A DNA stretch of 64,000 nt. It comes from Mobula hypostoma (Eukaryota). The stretch covers positions 17,732,001 through 17,796,000 of the forward strand of contig NC_086097.1 in the NCBI RefSeq assembly GCF_963921235.1, written 5' to 3'. A program made the position numbers and the translations under genes. Under the pieces are notes generated by a model. The model did not search any database. It had not been told where the DNA came from and saw only the letters and a list, made by a program, of their open reading frames with translations. Below, in pieces: positions 12,301-24,274 of this stretch (within the stretch, counting starts at the first letter, position 1; each line of letters opens with the position of its first letter).

Positions 12301-13202
12301 GTTAGTAATTACTTCCTTAGATTGTGGTTTTATATAAATAGTTCCCCTGTGATGTGGATTGGAATTCTCATTTATCAATGAGTCATGTGGACAGTTATAA
12401 TTTAATCTTCTGCACTTTGCTGCAAACTCTTGTCACCCCCTCTTTAAATCTAAACATGTGAGTGTGAATTTTTATTTTGCTTTATCTGCAGACTTTTGCA
12501 CAATGCACAAATGCTTGTGGGCAACTGCTGGATGCAGTTGCTCATACCCTTATGTATAGAATAAATTTTTAATTGAAGAGAACAGTAGTTCGGTATTTCA
12601 CACAAATTGATCCACGTGCAAGTTCTGCATACCAAGGCAGAGCTTATCAGTCAAATGCACAGGAATATCATGTGATTCCAGTATTTTGCCTTCATCCTTT
12701 GCAAACTATTATTCATTTCCTGCCTACCCAAGAGAGTATTGCATAACTTTGCACCTCATTCACACCTTCATCAATGCTTACCTAAATCATAAATAGAATG
12801 TTTCTGTGCATTATTCGATTATAGTTGTTTACTTTAGTACCTTTTTTAGACTTCAGTAATTAAGTTGCTAAAATTCATATAGTTCACAAGTTCTTTTTGT
12901 TATTTTGTTTATAAGGATGGCCCTTCTACTTTAAAAAAAAGTGCTTGTTACATTCTACATTCCTTTAGTTGATGGAAATCAATTAACAGTAAAAATGCAA
13001 ACAACAGGAATTCTGTATATTTTTGTATTTATGTAAACTTCAGTGCCTGAATATCTAAAAGTACTATAGGGCACTGTGTCAGTTATGTGGCCAGTATATT
13101 TATTAAATTCCAGTAACAATATTAATTAAGAGAGAATCATTAAATACTAGCAGGCATGAAAGGCAATCTTTTTTTACCAGTGAGATTCTATAGCTAATTA
13201 CA

Positions 13203-15112
13203 GTCATAGTCATATAGTCATACTTTATTGATCCCGGGGGAAATTGGTTTTCGTTACAGTTGCACCATAAATAATAAATAGTAATAAAACCATAAATAGT
13301 TAAATAGTAATATGTAAATTATGCCAGGAAATAAGTCCAGGACCAGCCTATTGGCTCAGGGTGTCTGATCCTCCAAGGGAGGAGTTGTAAAGTTTGATGG
13401 CCACAGGCAGGAATGACTTCCTATGACGCTCTGTGCTGCATCTCGGTGGAATGAGTCTCTGGCTGAATGTACTCCTGTGCCCACCCAGTACATTATGTAG
13501 TGGATAGGAGACATTGTCCAAGATGGCATGCAACTTGGACAGCATCCTCTTTTCAGATACCACCGTCAGGGAGTCTAGTTCCATCCCCACAACATCACTG
13601 GCCTTACGAATGAGTTTGTTGATCCTTTTGGTGTCTGCTACCGTCAGCCTGCTGCCCCAGTGCACAACAGCAAACATGATAGCACTGGCCACCACAGACT
13701 CGTAGAACATCCTCAGCATCATCCGGCAGATGTTAAAGGACGTCAGTCTCCTCAGGAAATAGAGACGGCTCTGACCCTTCTTGTAGACAGCCTCAGTGTT
13801 CTTAGACCAGTCCAGTTTATTGTCAATTCGTATCCCCAGGTAACTGTAATCCTCCACCATGTCCACTCTGACCCTCTGGATGGAAACAGGGGTCACCAGT
13901 ACCTTAGCTCTCCTCAGGTCTACCACCAGCTCCTTAGTCTTTTTCACATTAAGCTGCAGATAATTCTGCCCACACCATGTGACAAAGTTTCCTACCATAG
14001 CCCTGTACTCAGCCTCATCTCCCTTGCTGATGCATCCAACTATGGCAGAGTCATCCGAAAACTTCTAAAGATGACAAGACTCTGTGCAGTACTTGAAGTC
14101 CGAGGTGTAAATGGTAAAGAGAAAGGGAGGCAAGACAGTCCCCTGTGGAGCCCCAGTGCTGCTGATCACTCTGTCAGACACACAGTGCTGCAAGCACACG
14201 TACTGTGGTCCGCCAGTCAAGTAATCAAGAATCCATGACACCAGGGAAGCATCCACCTGCATCACTGTCAGCTTCTCCCCCAGCAGAGCAGGGCGGATGG
14301 TATTGAACACACTGGAGAAGTCAAAAAACATGACGCTCACAGTGCTCGCTGGCTTGTCCAGGTGGGCATAGACACGGTTCAGCAGGTAGACGATGGCACC
14401 CTCAACTCCTAGTCGGGGCTGGTAGGCGAACTGGAGGGGATCTAAGTGTGGCCTGACCATAGGCCGGAGCAGCTCCAGAACAAGTCCCTTCAGGGTCTTC
14501 ATGAAGTGGGAGGTCAATGCCACCGGTCTGTAGTCATTGAGGCCGCTGGGGCGCGGCGTCTTCGGCACAGGGACGAGGCAGGACATCTTCCACAGTACAG
14601 GAACCCTCCGGAGCCTCAGGCTCATGTTGAATACATGGCGAAATACTCCACATAGCTGAGGGGCACAGGCTTTGAGCATCCTGGTACTGACACCATCCGG
14701 TCCTGCAGCCTTGCTTGGGTTGAGACGTTTCATCTGTCTTCTCTCCTGTTCAGCTGTGAAGCCCACCATGGTGGTTTCGCGTGGGGAAGGGGTGTAGTCA
14801 TGAGAGCAGGGTGGGGGACTGTGAGGAGGGGTAGGAAGGGAGAGTGGAATATGTGTTGGTTGGGGGCCGACAACAGATGCTGATGTGGGGGATGGGCAGG
14901 GGCCACAATGTCAAATCTGTTAAAGAACAGGTTAAGTTCATTGACCCTGTCCACACTGCCTTCAGCTCCTCTGTTGCTAGTTTGCCGGAACCCAGTGATG
15001 GTCCTCATCCCCCTCCAGACCTCTCTCATGTTGTTCTGCTGGAGTTTCCACTCAAGCTTCCTTCTGTTCCTGTCTTTAGCCTCCCTGATCCTGACTTTCA
15101 GGTCCCTCTGTA
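13203..15112 (-). mobile_element. 5'-truncated Rex1/Babar LINE (RT and C-terminus)
   Basis: ORFs 13348-13998 and 14065-14769 contain KAAGPDG, DYRPVALTS, QFAYQ, FFDFSS, GAPQGTVL. 3' tail of (actatg)n type. Highly similar to 26684-30037. Confidence 0.93.
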
Positions 15113-15325
15113 CTAATTGAACTGCTACTAACATATTAACATTCTTCCAAAAAATAGGAGACCAATACTGTTCACAGTTCTCCTGATATCACCAAAACCA
15201 TATGCAACTGAAGCATAGCCTACTTCTGTGTTCTGTTCTCTTAGCAATAAGCAACAACATTTTGAGGTGAAATAGAACATACTGGAAGTACTCACCAGAT
15301 CAGGCAGCATCTGTGGAAAAAGAAA

Positions 15326-16600
15326 GTTCAAAATAAATTTATTATCAAAGTACATATATAGTATGCCACCAGATACAACCCTGAGGTACATTTTCTTGGG
15401 GGCATACTCAGTAAATCCAAGAACCGTAATAGAATCAATAAAAAATCACACACAACAGGGCGGACAAACAACACCAATGTACAAAGGAGGGAAAATAGCA
15501 AGAAATATTGAGAACCTGAGATGAAGAGCTCTTGAAAATGAGTCCATAGGTTGTGGGGACAGTTCAATGATGGGTAGGTGATGTTGAATGAAGTGGTTCA
15601 AGAGCCTGGTGGTTAAAGAGTAGTAATTGTACCTAGAAATGGTAGTTGTAAGTCCTGAGGCCCCAGTACTTTCTTCCTGATGGCAGAAGCAAGAAAAGAG
15701 CATGATCTGGGTGGTGGGGATCCCTGATGATGGATGCTACTTTTCTGAAATAACTCTCCATGCAGATGTGCTCAATAGAGGGGAAGCTTTACCTATAATG
15801 GACTGGGCTGTATCCACTACTTTTTGTAGGATTTTCCATTCAAGAGCATTGGTATATCCATACCAGGGTGTGCTGCAACCAGCCAATATACTCTCCACCA
15901 CACGTCTATAGAGGTTGGTCAAATTAGTAGATGACATGCTGAATCTTCACAAGCTCCTAAGTAGAGGTGCTGCTGTGCTTTCTTCGTAATTGCACTTACA
16001 TGCTGGGCCCAGGACAGGTCTTCTAAAATAATAACACTGAGGAATTTAAAGTTGTTGACCTACTCCACCTTTGATCCCCAATGAGGACTGGCTTATGTAC
16101 CTCCGGTTTTCTCCTCCTGAAGTCAATATTACTTCCTTGATCTTGCTGACATTGAGTAAGAGGTTGTTGTTTTGATACTATTCATCCAAATAGTCAATTT
16201 CTGTCCAATATACTGATTCATTACCAGCTTTGATTTCACCAAAGAGTGGTGTAATCAGCAAACTTAAGATGACATTGGAGCTGTGCTTAGCCACACAGTC
16301 ACAAGTGTAAAGCATGTAGAGCGGGGGGGCTAGTCACACAACCTTGTGATACACCTTGCTGATGGAAATTGTGGATGATACTTTATTGACACTCTGAACT
16401 GACTGGGGTCACAAGGCCATACTAACCCCCAGGACTTGGAGTTTATTGATTAGTTTTGAGGGGATGCTAGTACTGAATGCCAAGCTATAGTTGATGAAGA
16501 GCAACCTGATATACAGTATGCATCTTTGCTGTCCACTTGTTGCAGGGTTGTGTGAAGAGCCAATGATATGGCACCGGTTGTGGGCCTGTTGTGCCGGTAT
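15326..16600 (-). mobile_element. Degenerate Rex1/Babar-type LINE, second family
   Basis: Minus frame LTNLYRRVVESILAGCSTPWYG. Tail aaagttcaaaataaatttattatcaaagtac is shared with copies at 19590 and 38545. Confidence 0.7.
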
Positions 16601-16791
16601 GCCATCAATAGTCAGATTTTCAAACAGTCAGAGTTGAGCCAATTTGTCACGTTTTCAACTGTAAAATTCTGTTTCCATTAGAAATTACTTGCTATATCTC
16701 CATAGCTTTTTTGTGTATTTTCTGTTAGGTCACCCAGATCCCTCAGCAATCTTCCACAAGTTAGATAATATATTTGCCTAAATGTTATGTA

Positions 16792-18050
16792 CCGTATATT
16801 CCGGAGTATAAGCCAACCCCCACCCCCCATTTTCAAGGTTAAAAAAGTGACTTTTTCATGTTACCTTTGTATAAGCCGACTCCTTTTGTAGAGGTTTTTG
16901 ATTTAAACAGAAAAGATCACAAGATCTCACATGCTGGTACTCAGCTTTGCCGGATCCGGAACCTGGAAATTTTGTAAACCAGTACCTGCTAAGAAAATAG
17001 GCCTACACATTGTGGGGCGTTATAAGTGAAATCTTAATAAATAAATCAGGGAGGAAAATTTTGGATTCGGTCTCCAATGGTAAAGAATCTTCTGGAATGT
17101 AACCCCCGTGAAACCATTTAGCGCCCATTGTAATCTCCTTAAAAGATAACACAGGGTGGCGGGATCAGTACGTGTACTCAGTATTGAGTGTGCGACCACC
17201 GTGTACAAAAGATTAAAACAAATGCGATATGATGCTGGCTTCAAGCTGAAGATTGTTGATTTTGCTAAAGGAACGAATAATTCTGCAGCTGCTAAGAAGC
17301 TTAGTGTAAACGAGAAACAAGTGAGAAGTGGAGAGAGGCAGAGGACACGCTGAGGGAAATGCCAAAGACGAAATGCAAACCGCAGGAAAACGTGCTTGTG
17401 GCCAGAATTGGGAAAAAAAGTTTTAGAGTGGGCGAATCACCAGCAATCGTCTGGATACATTGTTACCAGAGAAATGATTCGAGTTCAAGCGTTGAAATGG
17501 GACGAAAAACACCGTGAGGTCAGCGAAAATTTCAAAGCTACGCGAAGTTGGTGCACCCGGTTTATGAATAGACGTGATCTTGTGTTGAGACAAAAAACAA
17601 AGATTGCTCTGAAAATTCCCACGGGGTGTTGTTTACGTCCAAAAACGCTGCTGGATGGACGAAGCGGGTTGCTTGAAGTGGGTTAAAGAGGTGTGGCGTC
17701 GACGTCCCGAAGGTTTCGGGAAGGAAAAGCCGCTACTTGTCTGGGACATGTTCAAAGTGCACTTGTCAGGTGAGACAAAAGCAGCACTGAAAGCTGAAAA
17801 TACAGACATTGCAGTCATCCCCAGTGGTTTGATGTTCGTGCTTCAGCCACTAGATGTGAGTTTAAACAAACCATACAAAGAATTCATGAATCGACAGTGG
17901 AACAAATTTGACTCAAAAACAGCCAACAAATACGACCTGTGTTCCGTGTATTTGTTTTTCCAAAGTTGGCACCCTCTGTGTAAGCTGACCCCCTAATTTT
18001 AGGACCAAAATTTAGGGCCAAATTCTCAGCTTATACACAGGAATTTACAG
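16792..18050 (+). mobile_element. pogo/Tigger-superfamily DNA transposon, internally deleted (POGK-like transposase)
   Basis: TIRs ccgtatattccggagtataag / cttatacacaggaatttacag after TA. Fragments: Brinker-like YDAGFKLKIV...AAAKK, CENPB-HTH WPEL...FKATRSWCTRFMNR, and DDE_1 LLVWDMFKVH...LQPLDVSLNKP. Frameshifted. Confidence 0.9.
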
Positions 18051-18284
18051 TGATTGTTGCTGCATCCTCCTTTTGCTGAGGAATTTGAATAGAAATAAAC
18101 ATAGTATGACCATCAGCAAGCAACTTTCACTTATCACCTTGTGATGGAAAGAACCTTATTGATGAGGTAACTAAAGATGGGCTGGTACTGGAGAGCTAGT
18201 CTTTAGTAGTAGGTCAGGAGATTGTCTGATTCATATCATATAAGTACAAAATAAATTGAAAAAAGATCTTGTGCTTTCCCGTCA

Positions 18285-19280
18285 TGGCCTGTGACTAGTA
18301 ATGTGCCTCAGGGATCTGTGCTGAGACCATTGTTGTTTGTTGTGTATATCAATGATCTAGATGATAATGTGGTAATGATGACACTAAGATTGGAGGCGTG
18401 GTGGACGGCGAGGAAGGCTTTCAAAACTTGCAGAGGTTCTGGACCAAATGGAAAAATGGGCCAGAAAATGGCAGATGGAATTTAATGCAGACAAGTGTGA
18501 GGTGTTGCATTTTGGAAGGACAAATCAAGGTAGGACATACACAGTAAATGGTAGGGCACTGAGGAGTGTGGAGGAACAAAGGGATCTGAGAGTTCAGATA
18601 CGTAATTCCCTGAAAGTGGCATCACAGGTAGACAGGGTTGTAAAGAAGGCTTTTGGCATCCTGGCATTCATAAATCAAAGTATTGAATATAGGGGTTGGG
18701 ATGTTATGGTGAGGTTGCGTAAGACATTGGTGAGGCCAAATTCGGAGTATTGTGTGCAGTTCTGGTCACCTAACTATAGGAAGGATATCAGTAAGATTGA
18801 AAGAGTGCAGAGAAGATTTACTAGGATGTTGCCGGGTCTTCAGGGGTTGAGTTACAGAGAAAGTTTGAACAGGTTAGGACTTTATTCCTTGGAGTGTAGA
18901 AGAATGAGGGGAGATTCGATAGAGGTTTACAAAATTATGAGGGGTATAGACAGAGTAAATGCAAGTAGGCTCTTTCCACTTAGATTAGGAGAGAGATATA
19001 CAAGAGGGCATGGCTTTAGGGTTAAAGGGAAAAGGTTTAGCTGGAACTTCTTCACTCAGAGAGTGGTAGGAGCATGGAACGAGCTGCCATCTGACATGGT
19101 AAATGCGGGCTCACTCTTAAGTTTTAAGAATAAATTGGATAGATACCTGGATGGGAGAGGTCTGGAGAGTTATGGACTAGGTGCAGATCAATGGGACTAG
19201 CGGAATAAAGTTTTGGCACAGACTAGAAGAGCCAAATGGCCTGTTTTCTGTGCTGTAGTGTTCTATGGTTCTATAGTTCT
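18285..19280 (+). mobile_element. CR1 LINE 3' fragment
   Basis: ORF 18448-19200 WQMEFNADKCEVLHFG...LVRPNSEYCVQFWSP...ERVQRRFTRM, ending in a (ttctatgg)-type microsatellite tail. Confidence 0.92.
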
Positions 19281-19281
19281 A

Positions 19282-19580
19282 AACTCTTCTCGGGCTTCCA
19301 GCCGGGTACAAGCACCAATTTTAACCAACGTTTTAATGACAAACTCTGCCATCTTCATCAATGACGATGGTGGTTGTATGTACCCCCATTGTCCATCCCT
19401 CCTGATTGGTTAGTCCTCATCCAATCAGGTTTCAGCTGTCCCACAGTGTTTTGCTCTAAGTAATAACTGGAATACAATTGTAAACAAGGTGGCATCATCC
19501 CTAATGAAGATGGCAGAGTTTGTCTTCAAAATGCCAGTTAAGATTGATACCTGTACCCGGCCGGGAGCCGGAGAAGAGTT
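19282..19580. mobile_element. About 300-bp element with 88-bp terminal inverted arms, probably Penelope-derived
   Basis: Arms 19282-19369 and 19493-19580 are imperfect reverse complements. Each carries a degenerate (C)TGATGA-gatggcagagtttgtcatc-(G)AAAC motif. Confidence 0.7.
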
Positions 19581-20283
19581 AATTCTTTCTAAGTAACTTT
19601 ATTATCAAGTTAAATATATGTCACCATATACAACTCTGAGATTCATTTTCTTGCAGGTATTCACAGTAAATACAAGAAATACAATAGAATCAGTGAAAGA
19701 CTGCCCTCAACAGGGCGGACAACAAAAATGGGAAATACAAAAAGAAAAAGAAAACTGATAATATTAGTAATGAATGAATAAGCAATAAATACTGAGAACA
19801 TGACATGAAGTATTCTTAAAAGTGAGTCCATAGATTATGGGAACATTTCCCTGATGGGATGAGCAACGTTATTCCCTCTGGTTCAAGAACGCTGATGATT
19901 GAGGAATAATAGCTGTTCTTGAACCTGGTAGTGGGGGTCTTGAGACTCATGTACCACTTTCCTGATGGCATGGTAGTCATTGAAACAGGTTACCATGTTC
20001 TCCTCGGGCACCAGTATAAATGAAGCCTGCTTGAAGCAGGTGGGTACCTCAGACTGCCAAATGGAGAGGTTAAAGATATCGGTGAACACTCCAGCTGGTT
20101 GATCAGCACAGGTCTATGTTACTCGGCCAGATACCCAGTCTGTGCTAGGTGCTTTCCATGTGTTCGCCCTCATGATCATAACAAGTGCTTTCAACCATTT
20201 TTTTTGATATATAGTGGAGTAAACCAATGTGGCTGAATTCTGGTTTCTGTGATTAAAGGAATCTCAGGAGGAAGCCAGACCTA

Positions 20284-21503
20284 CAGTGGTGCTAGCAAGT
20301 TTGTGAACCCTGTAGAATTTTGTCTATTTCTGCATAAATATAACCTAAAATGTGATCAAATTTTTGCACAAATCCTAAAACTAGATAAAGAGAACCCAAT
20401 TAAATAAATCAAAAACATTTTACATGTTCATTTATTTATTGAGAAAAATTATCCAATATTACATGTATTTGTTTGGAAAAAAATATATGAACCTTTGCTT
20501 TCAGTAACTGGTGTTACCCCCTTGTACAGCAATAACTTCAACCAAACATTTCCAGTAACTGTTGATCAGTCCTACACATTGGCATGGAGGAATTTTAGGT
20601 CATTGCTCCTTACAAAACTGCTTCAACTCTGGGAAGTTGGTGGGCTTCCTTGCATGAACTGCTAGCTTCAAGTTCTTCCACAATTTCAGTAGGATTAAGG
20701 ACATGACTTTGACTCAGCATTCCAAAACATGAAATTTCTTCTTTTTAAACCATTCTGTTGTTGATTTACTCTTGTCTTTCACATCATTGTCTTGTAGAAT
20801 CCAACTTCTGTTAAGCTTCAGGTGACAGACTGCTACCCTGACATTCTCCTGTAAAATGTCTTGATACAATTTTGAGTTCACTGTTCCCTATGATTGCAAG
20901 CTGTCCAGACCCTAAGGCATTGCACATTGCCTCTTGGTGTGACCTTTGCAGGATGCCCACTCCTAGGAAGAGATGCAACAGTACTGAGTTTCCTCCATTT
21001 GTAGACAATTTCTGTTACTCTGGACTGATGAACACTCAGGTGTTCAGAAATTCTTTTGTAGCCTTTTCTAGCTTGATGCATCTCTACAATTCTTTTTCTC
21101 AGGTCCTCTGAAAGTTGTTTTGATCGAGGCATGGTGCACATAGAGAGATCTTTCTTGAGAAGAGCAGGCTCATCAATAATCTGACTTTGAGTGTCTTTTT
21201 TATAAGGCAGGGCACCCCTACAACACACATCTCCAATTTCATCTCTTTGATTGGACACCTAACTCCAAATAACTTTTGTAGAAGGCATTATCCCAGAGTT
21301 TCACTACTTTTTCCAACAAGTACATGTAATATTGGATCATTTTTCTCAATAAATGAACAAGAATAATGTTTTTGTGTTATTTATTTAATTGGGCTCTCTT
21401 TATTTAGTTTTAGGACTTGCATGACAATCTGATCACATTTTAGGTCATATTTATGCAGAAATAGAGGAAATTCTGCAGGTTCACAAACTTTCTAGCACCA
21501 CTG
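20284..21503 (-). mobile_element. Tc1-family transposon with about 200-bp TIRs, internally deleted
   Basis: TA|cagtggtgctag...ctagcaccactg|TA with long TIRs. Minus-strand N-terminal transposase MPRSKQLSEDLRKRIV...GYKRIS...LPRSGHPAKVTPR. Confidence 0.93.
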
Positions 21504-21995
21504 TAGATGACCATGGTTGCATCTGTGCCTGATTGTTGCTATATACATGCCAGATTCTATCATTAGCTTTAGTCAGTCTTTTAATGAAGTCATGTGCACC
21601 TTATAAAAGAATAGAAGAGTGTTTCACATGCTGAGATTTGTTAATTGATCATAATTTGGGGCTAATTTGAGCCATAATTTCATCTCAATTCTACATAAAT
21701 TGATGGAATAATTTAAACAGAGGAGACTTCTGTGTCAGTTGCATTAATTATTTTGCTGAAAACAGAAAAATGGAACTGTGTGTAGCTGTTTCTTGCAGTA
21801 AGCACTGTATATAGTAGTGATGAAATGTACTCTGCCTTAAATTCAGTTCTTCTCACGTAAATGGAATGACTTCGTGAATACTGTATTAACACTATATAGT
21901 GTATGTAGCACCAATGAATAGGATGACGTTGTTTCATATTCAAGTTTGGTAAAAATTTGTGGACTCATTTTTTACATGAGGCAGTTTGATTAAAC

Positions 21996-22078
21996 CAAGG
22001 ATTGCCAGCCATTTTATTTATGCCGTGGAGCCCTACCATTGATTAAGGGGTCCAGGGACCCCAGGTTGGGAACCCCTG
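21996..22078. mobile_element. hAT-type MITE
   Basis: Right TIR ggttgggaacccctg, degenerate left TIR caaggattgccagcc, perfect 8-bp TSD gattaaac (21988-21995, 22079-22086). Confidence 0.8.
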
Positions 22079-22775
22079 GATTAAACTGTTCTAGCTAAGT
22101 ATGGGAGAAAAAGGAAACTTACTGAAGTTCTTGCTCCTTTTCATCTTTTAGTACATTATGCAAAAATAATCATGAGGATTTTCTGAAATCCCCTTTTTTT
22201 GCAGATATAAGTGAAATAGACAAAACTGACATGGATGGGAATCTTCTGAATCCATCTCTTTCTGTGCTGATACAAATAAAAGAGATATGACTGAGATAGT
22301 TAAATCATCTGTTTTAAATTGTGCCAGTTTTAGGTTACTCATGACTCCACAATATGCTTGAAAAGGGCAAAGCATTTCCGGAACAACTGAGGTATATCAA
22401 TGATGTTTTTGGCAAAAATGAATAATGACTTTCCCTATAATAGAAAAAATTGAAAATGTAATTTTATGTGGTCAGTCTTGATGTACTGTGATGGTAAAAC
22501 TCAAGAAAATATGTTCCCGATTCCTACTTCTGCGGTAACTGTTGAAAAGCATGGCAGAATAAATGAAAGTTATCTAACGATAGGATTTAGAAGAAAGTTA
22601 GAAAACATTTAGACAGAAAGAAGTAGGTCTGAGGAGTTTTAACAGAAATTTTTAAAAGTTTATTAACAGAAGAAAGTAAATAACTCATAATCTCAAATTA
22701 AGAGTGCTTTGTAAATCTGGTTATTCATTTCTCGAGAGTCTTGTTTATGAACTGATTTTACTTTCTTTCCTACAG

Positions 22776-22874
22776 TGGAAGTAGTAGTGAAGACGAGCCC
22801 ACCTGAACTTGTACAAGTTGTTCTGGAACCTACGGTTGGGCAGGTGGCTTCAGTATTTGCAACAGAAATTTCTG
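22776..22874 (+). CDS. LTBP2: 99-nt hinge exon, (V)EVVVKTSPPELVQVVLEPTVGQVASVFATEIS
   Basis: Acceptor ctttctttcctacag|, donor ctg|gtaatt, phase 1-1. KTSPP motif as in the LTBP hinge that precedes the EGF run. Confidence 0.85.
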
Positions 22875-23763
22875 GTAATTCTAATTGCTTAATTTACATT
22901 TTGGATAACTTTATCAGAAGCAATTTTGTGGTTGTTATAAAGGTTATGTACATACAGTGCCAGCAATATTTAATACAGAGTAACCATAACAGAATAAACA
23001 CTGAGCATTTATTCAATCAAATAAATTACAGATGCTCAAAATCTGAAATAAAAACATAATACTGGGAAATCTCAGAAGGTCAGATAATATCCATGGAAAG
23101 CTGGATCAATGTTTTTGGTCTGAAATCCTCCTTTTCTGACAAAGGGCTTCGGTTTCAAACCATAAACTGCTTCTCTTTTTAAACATGCTGTCACACTGCT
23201 GATTATAACACTGTGGTTTTCTTCAAAACATCTTGAGTAGTTATTCTGCTCTTTTCACTTAAAAGTGTTAGGTGGGGAAGTTCCAGGAGCACCATAATGC
23301 AAACATACTCTTCCTACTCCACTGGGAAACTAAAAGTAATAAATCAACTCCTCTTTCTTTTCTCTGCTAAACTTCTGTATGCTCAAAAATTAAAACACTA
23401 TTTGGGTTCCAGTGACCTAGCTGAGAAGTATCCTCCAGTAAGAAGGAAAACAGATCTAATACAAAGGTATATCAAATATTTTGTGAAGTAGTCAGGTGCT
23501 GTGCAGATTTTGAATATCACATCAGCATTAATTAAGTAAAACTAATAGTGAACTCCTGACACGAAATACCAACTGAGCTGAAAAGGAAGATAGAGTTTTC
23601 TGAAGAGGTAACCAAGAAGTTTAATAAGGACAGGCAGTGGACATTGTTTACATACAGCAACACACAAAATGGTGTAGAAGCTTAGTGGTTCAGGAAACAT
23701 CTATAGAGGGTAGTGGACTGTCAACATTTGAGTCACGAGCCTTCACTGAGACTGAAAAATAAA

Positions 23764-24274
23764 AGCTGGGGTGCCTAAGACTTTTGCATAATACTATAGT
23801 AATTTTATGTATTGCACTATACTGCTGCCATAAAAAATAAACACATTTCCTTACATAAGTGAATGATGCTGAGCTTGATTCTGATTCGGGTCTCTATTGT
23901 GGACTGAGAGTGGGAAGGGGGCAGGGAGAGAGGTAACATGGTTGGGCAAAGAGGAGGAGAGAGGGAAGGGAGCAGGAAGCAGCACAGAGAGATTCTGTAA
24001 TGATCAATAGAACAATTTTTTGGGATCAAATGACCTTGTCTGGTGTCTCAGGGCCGGATGTATCTGCAGCTGTGCCAACCCCCACCCCAGGCACTCTTTC
24101 TCTGACACCTGACACACACCCCTCCTGTGGCACTCCACCCTTGCCATTAGCAATGTTCTTTGCTTCCATGAGATTTACAAACTGTTCCACATTGACAAAT
24201 GTAAACATTTTACTGTGAAAATGTTTTAGGCACTCTAGCTATATACATGTGCCTGAAACTTTTGTACAGTACTG
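23764..24274. mobile_element. Composite repeat with three Tc1-type TIR copies (copy 1)
   Basis: Colinear with 47771-48606. Begins gtgcctaagacttttgca and ends with a short palindromic TIR pair. Confidence 0.65.
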
